The notes under the pieces were generated by a model, which was not told the DNA's origin, searched no databases, and saw only the letters and a program-made list of their open reading frames with translations. Shown in pieces: positions 44,824 through 47,669 of a stretch of DNA of 47,669 bases (positions are counted from its first letter, which is position 1; the number at the start of each line of letters is the position of its first letter). The stretch is taken from the IMG/VR virus record IMGVR_UViG_3300011442_000014, positions 1 through 47,669 of that record, one strand, 5' to 3'. This stretch comes from a virus (Duplodnaviria; Caudoviricetes). The position numbers were made by a program, and so were the translations under genes.

Positions 44824-45234
44824 GTGAAACCTAAATGCACAAATTGCGGCAGTCCGAGTGTTAAGCCGAATGGCTGGTGCCACGACTGCGGCTTACCTGT
44901 GATGGATCAGGACGCACAAGATAGCCACGACACAGCGGTCGTCGAAGGCGACATGTTGGCGCGCGACAAGTTGGAACGACACATCGGTCGCCAGTTACGG
45001 CAGGGCCTCAGGCATTTCCAAGTCGGCATCAAAGGACCGCGTGGGTTCGTTCGTTCGGTCAATGTGCGTAAACGCACCGTCGTGTTAGAACGCAGTGTAA
45101 CGCGTCGCAGCAAAGGTAAGCGGAAGGCACGCAAGGAACTCGAAGTTAGAACGGTCGCATGGCATAAGCTTCGACTCTGTGTGCCGGACCGCGCGCAGTA
45201 TCAGGTCGAGCAGAACTCATCGCAGTCTAACTAA
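44824..45234 (+). CDS. Hypothetical protein with an N-terminal Zn ribbon
   Basis: CTNCG....WCHDCG, preceded by the repeat. Confidence 0.65.
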   Translation: MKPKCTNCGSPSVKPNGWCHDCGLPVMDQDAQDSHDTAVVEGDMLARDKLERHIGRQLRQGLRHFQVGIKGPRGFVRSVNVRKRTVVLERSVTRRSKGKRKARKELEVRTVAWHKLRLCVPDRAQYQVEQNSSQSN

Positions 45235-45253
45235 CCTACCCTACTATAGGAGA
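45235..45253 (+). promoter_or_regulatory. 19-nt start-associated repeat, copy 3
   Basis: Exact copy, 8 nt before ATG 45262. Confidence 0.85.
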
Positions 45254-45261
45254 AGCGGACA

Positions 45262-46800
45262 ATGTCTACAAAAATCGAATGCACCGAGTGCCTTGGCATG
45301 GGCAAGAAGCTTATTCGCAAGGCAGGCACGGTGAAGATGGTGACATGCAAGTCTTGCGCTGGCAAGGGAAACATCGTGGTCAAGGCTATGACTAAGCCAG
45401 CGAAGAAAAAGAATGTGAAGGCCAGCGCAGCAAATGAGCGCAGCACTAAGCGCGCGCTTAAGGACGGTGTCGTAAAGCCAGAAGGTGTGCGTGTAACTAC
45501 GCGAGATATCGACTCGGGCAACGACGTCATAGGGAAGATGTCGCCTGAGCAGCGCGAGGCAAAGGAAACGATCGAAGACCGCGCTGCATTCTTTGGTTGT
45601 CCTGGCAAGGTGCGCGCAGTTCGTAAAGGACCAGTCATCACGTTGTACGAGTTTGCGCCAGCCAGGGCAACGCGCATCAAACGTCTGATCGCTCTGCAGG
45701 AAGATTTGGCACTCGCGTTGTCTGCTGAGGCCGTGATGGTGCGGCGCATTCCGGGCAAGGAAGTGATGGGCATCGAGATTTCAAACGAGAGTGACGAGCG
45801 CCAGAATGTCGCGTTTCGCGCATCGCTGGCGTCGGTGCGCAAGGCGAAGGCAGACGGCATGGAACTTCCGATGAATCTCGGGACCGATCCGTTTGGCGAT
45901 CCTATCGTAGATGACTTGGCCACCATGCCTCACTTGTTGATCGCTGGCAGTACGGGCTCAGGCAAGTCAGTGTCATTGAATTGCATCATCAGTTCATTAC
46001 TCACTGTGTGTCCGCCGTCAGAGTTGGAATTCTACATGATCGATCCGAAAGGTGTGGAGCTCACGCACTATAATGGCATCCCACATATGAAACGCCCGAT
46101 GGTCACGAGCCCACATTATGCGAAGGACATGCTCGAACACTTGGTCGAGGAAATGCGTGCTCGGTTATTGATGCTCACCCGTCAGGGTGTTCGCGACATT
46201 AAGGAATACAACGACCTCGCGAAAAAGTTAGGTACGCTGGCGCCGATGCCACGTATCGTCTGTGTCATCGACGAGTTGGGCGATCTCATGATGCAAGACC
46301 GTCGGGCGTTCACGCGTCTCATCGCGGAGATCTCGCAGATTGCTCGAGCCACTGGCATCCACATGATCGCAGCAACGCAACGTCCATCGGTCGACGTACT
46401 GTCCGGTCGCATTAAGGTGAATTTTCCAGCCCGCATGGCGTTCAAGGTGACGTCATCGGTTGATTCGCGTACTATTGTCCACCGCAAAGGCGCGGAAGCG
46501 CTGCTCGGACGTGGAGACATGTTGTATCAAAGCCCAATACGTAGCGCATGCATTCGTATTCATGCTCCGTGGGTTCCGTTGATCGATGTCAAGGAAATTG
46601 CCAATAAGCTAATCGCCGTTGAGAAGCGGCGTCTGCAAGACGAGCAGGACAAGCGCGCTGCATTGGAGGCGCAGCGTCTTAAGGAAGCACGCGAGCGTAT
46701 GCCCTCGCCGACGGCCAACATCCCGCGGACAACACTGCGCCAAGGTGAAGAGGAGACGATGCAAATCGACTTCGGGTACAACTTGTCTCCTAAGAAGTAG
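45262..46800 (+). CDS. ftsK: Soluble FtsK/SpoIIIE-family DNA translocase with an N-terminal CxxCxGxG zinc finger
   Basis: Alpha domain GPVITLYE...RIPGK..MGIEI, PHLLIAGSTGSGKS, MIDPK, IDELGDLMM, GIHMIAATQRPSVDV and GAEALLGRGDML. Confidence 0.93.
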   Translation: MSTKIECTECLGMGKKLIRKAGTVKMVTCKSCAGKGNIVVKAMTKPAKKKNVKASAANERSTKRALKDGVVKPEGVRVTTRDIDSGNDVIGKMSPEQREAKETIEDRAAFFGCPGKVRAVRKGPVITLYEFAPARATRIKRLIALQEDLALALSAEAVMVRRIPGKEVMGIEISNESDERQNVAFRASLASVRKAKADGMELPMNLGTDPFGDPIVDDLATMPHLLIAGSTGSGKSVSLNCIISSLLTVCPPSELEFYMIDPKGVELTHYNGIPHMKRPMVTSPHYAKDMLEHLVEEMRARLLMLTRQGVRDIKEYNDLAKKLGTLAPMPRIVCVIDELGDLMMQDRRAFTRLIAEISQIARATGIHMIAATQRPSVDVLSGRIKVNFPARMAFKVTSSVDSRTIVHRKGAEALLGRGDMLYQSPIRSACIRIHAPWVPLIDVKEIANKLIAVEKRRLQDEQDKRAALEAQRLKEARERMPSPTANIPRTTLRQGEEETMQIDFGYNLSPKK

Positions 46801-46886
46801 CTGCACTGATTGGTGCAGCAAAGCGCCACGAACATCTCGAGAGTCGTGGCGCTCGTCGTAATGCCTCGAGGATAGGAGAGTGTCAC

Positions 46887-46994
46887 ATGTGGGACTGGAT
46901 CACTTTTATCACGTTGCTTATCTGGGATCCTGTATCACAGGCCTGGGTGGCCGTCACGTTGTCCGTCGTGTTCGGCGTGATCCTCTACAGCTAA
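46887..46994 (+). CDS. 35-aa hydrophobic membrane peptide (not in the ORF track)
   Basis: AGGAG SD. MWDWITFITLLIWDPVSQAWVAVTLSVVFGVILYS. Confidence 0.6.
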   Translation: MWDWITFITLLIWDPVSQAWVAVTLSVVFGVILYS

Positions 46995-47004
46995 TACTGT
47001 AGTA

Positions 47005-47062
47005 CGATGAACTGACAGTCTGTTATCTAGTATTGTGCTCCGCACAGACTGTCAGTACATCG
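47005..47062. repeat. 19-bp inverted repeat (1 mismatch) with a 20-nt loop
   Basis: cgatgaactgacagtctgt (47005-47023) / acagactgtcagtacatcg (47044-47062). Confidence 0.8.
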
Positions 47063-47072
47063 ATCCATCTAT

Positions 47073-47091
47073 CCTACCCTACTATAGGAGA
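47073..47091 (+). promoter_or_regulatory. 19-nt start-associated repeat, copy 4
   Basis: Exact copy, 8 nt before ATG 47100. Confidence 0.85.
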
Positions 47092-47099
47092 CTACGTCC

Positions 47100-47261
47100 A
47101 TGACAAAAGCCAAACGCATTCACCCGGAAATCGTATGGAAGAAAGGCGAGACCCGTCCGTGTCAAGGCAAGTGTGGACATCAGCATGTCGCCAAGACTGG
47201 ACCATGCACAGAGCTCGGCTGTGGTTGTCACGGTAGCTACGGCAAGAAAAAGGCGAGCTAA
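47100..47261 (+). CDS. 53-aa Cys/His-rich Zn-binding peptide (not in the ORF track)
   Basis: MTKAKRIHPEIVWKKGETRPCQGKCGHQHVAKTGPCTELGCGCHGSYGKKKAS, directly after the repeat. Confidence 0.7.
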   Translation: MTKAKRIHPEIVWKKGETRPCQGKCGHQHVAKTGPCTELGCGCHGSYGKKKAS

Positions 47262-47263
47262 CC

Positions 47264-47560
47264 ATGCTACCCATTCATCGAATCCATGTGCGTCGTTTGT
47301 GGCGCGAAGATAATGTTGGACTAATGGGATTCATCGGTGCCGAGCTGGAAGACGGAACATTGGTTGCGCTGTGCTCCGTCGAGAAGTGGATTCTCGGGAG
47401 TAACGATTCGCTGCGCAAGCAATGGAAAGACAACGAGCGGAAATTCGTTGGCATCAAGACAATCTACGGCGACGTGACAGAAATGCAACTACGCAAGGAC
47501 GGACTCGGATCCGGGAAGCTGAAACTCGTTGGTCGTCCCATCATCAGGAAGGAGCGCTGA
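47264..47560 (+). CDS. Hypothetical protein
   Basis: 98 aa ORF packed in the operon. Confidence 0.6.
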   Translation: MLPIHRIHVRRLWREDNVGLMGFIGAELEDGTLVALCSVEKWILGSNDSLRKQWKDNERKFVGIKTIYGDVTEMQLRKDGLGSGKLKLVGRPIIRKER

Positions 47561-47562
47561 TC

Positions 47563-47669
47563 ATGGACAAGCGCATCCAGAAAAACGAACGCGGAAAAGA
47601 TGGGGCCTGTCCATCGTGTGGTCGTCGCCATCAGCACCGAGACAGTTGTGGCATCTTACGCCAGCGTCC
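47563..47669 (+). CDS. 3'-truncated hypothetical protein with CPSC motif
   Basis: AAGGAG SD. MDKRIQKNERGKDGACPSCGRRHQH... runs off the window. Confidence 0.55.
   Translation, partial: MDKRIQKNERGKDGACPSCGRRHQHRDSCGILRQR

Overview
The window is most of a tailed dsDNA phage genome with HK97-fold head genes and siphovirus-like tail genes. It is truncated at both ends, and I found no integrase, tRNA, rRNA or CRISPR array. (1) 1-6982 (+) is a replication module: acidic-tailed SSB-like protein, GIY-YIG endonuclease, primase-polymerase/SF3 helicase, family A DNA polymerase, HD protein, ATP-dependent ligase and RuvC-like resolvase. (2) 6989-32158 (-) is the virion operon, running from terminase and a portal-MuF fusion through protease, capsid, head-tail genes and tail genes to a holin candidate. 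A five-gene cassette (two double-domain glycosyltransferases, two methyltransferase-fold genes, a PIG-L deacetylase) is inserted between the head-closure and tail-completion genes, and both capsid and tail tube end in Ser. This suggests virion O-glycosylation with a tailored glycan. (3) 32811-43007 (+) is a thymidine hypermodification region: dUMP hydroxymethylase, 5-hmdU DNA kinase-type helical protein, all-alpha NTP pyrophosphatase-like protein, DUF4406, SAM methyltransferase, P-loop kinase and a T4 beta-glucosyltransferase-like enzyme. No amino-acid:DNA transferase was recognised, so the product may be a sugar-modified 5-hmU (base-J-like or new). (4) 43008-47669 (+) is a probable early region: inverted IHF-like sites, a promoter, boxA, a candidate structured RNA leader, a 19-nt motif repeated before four genes, a UDG-fold protein and a soluble FtsK motor. 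All calls come from motif recognition by eye; no database searches were run.
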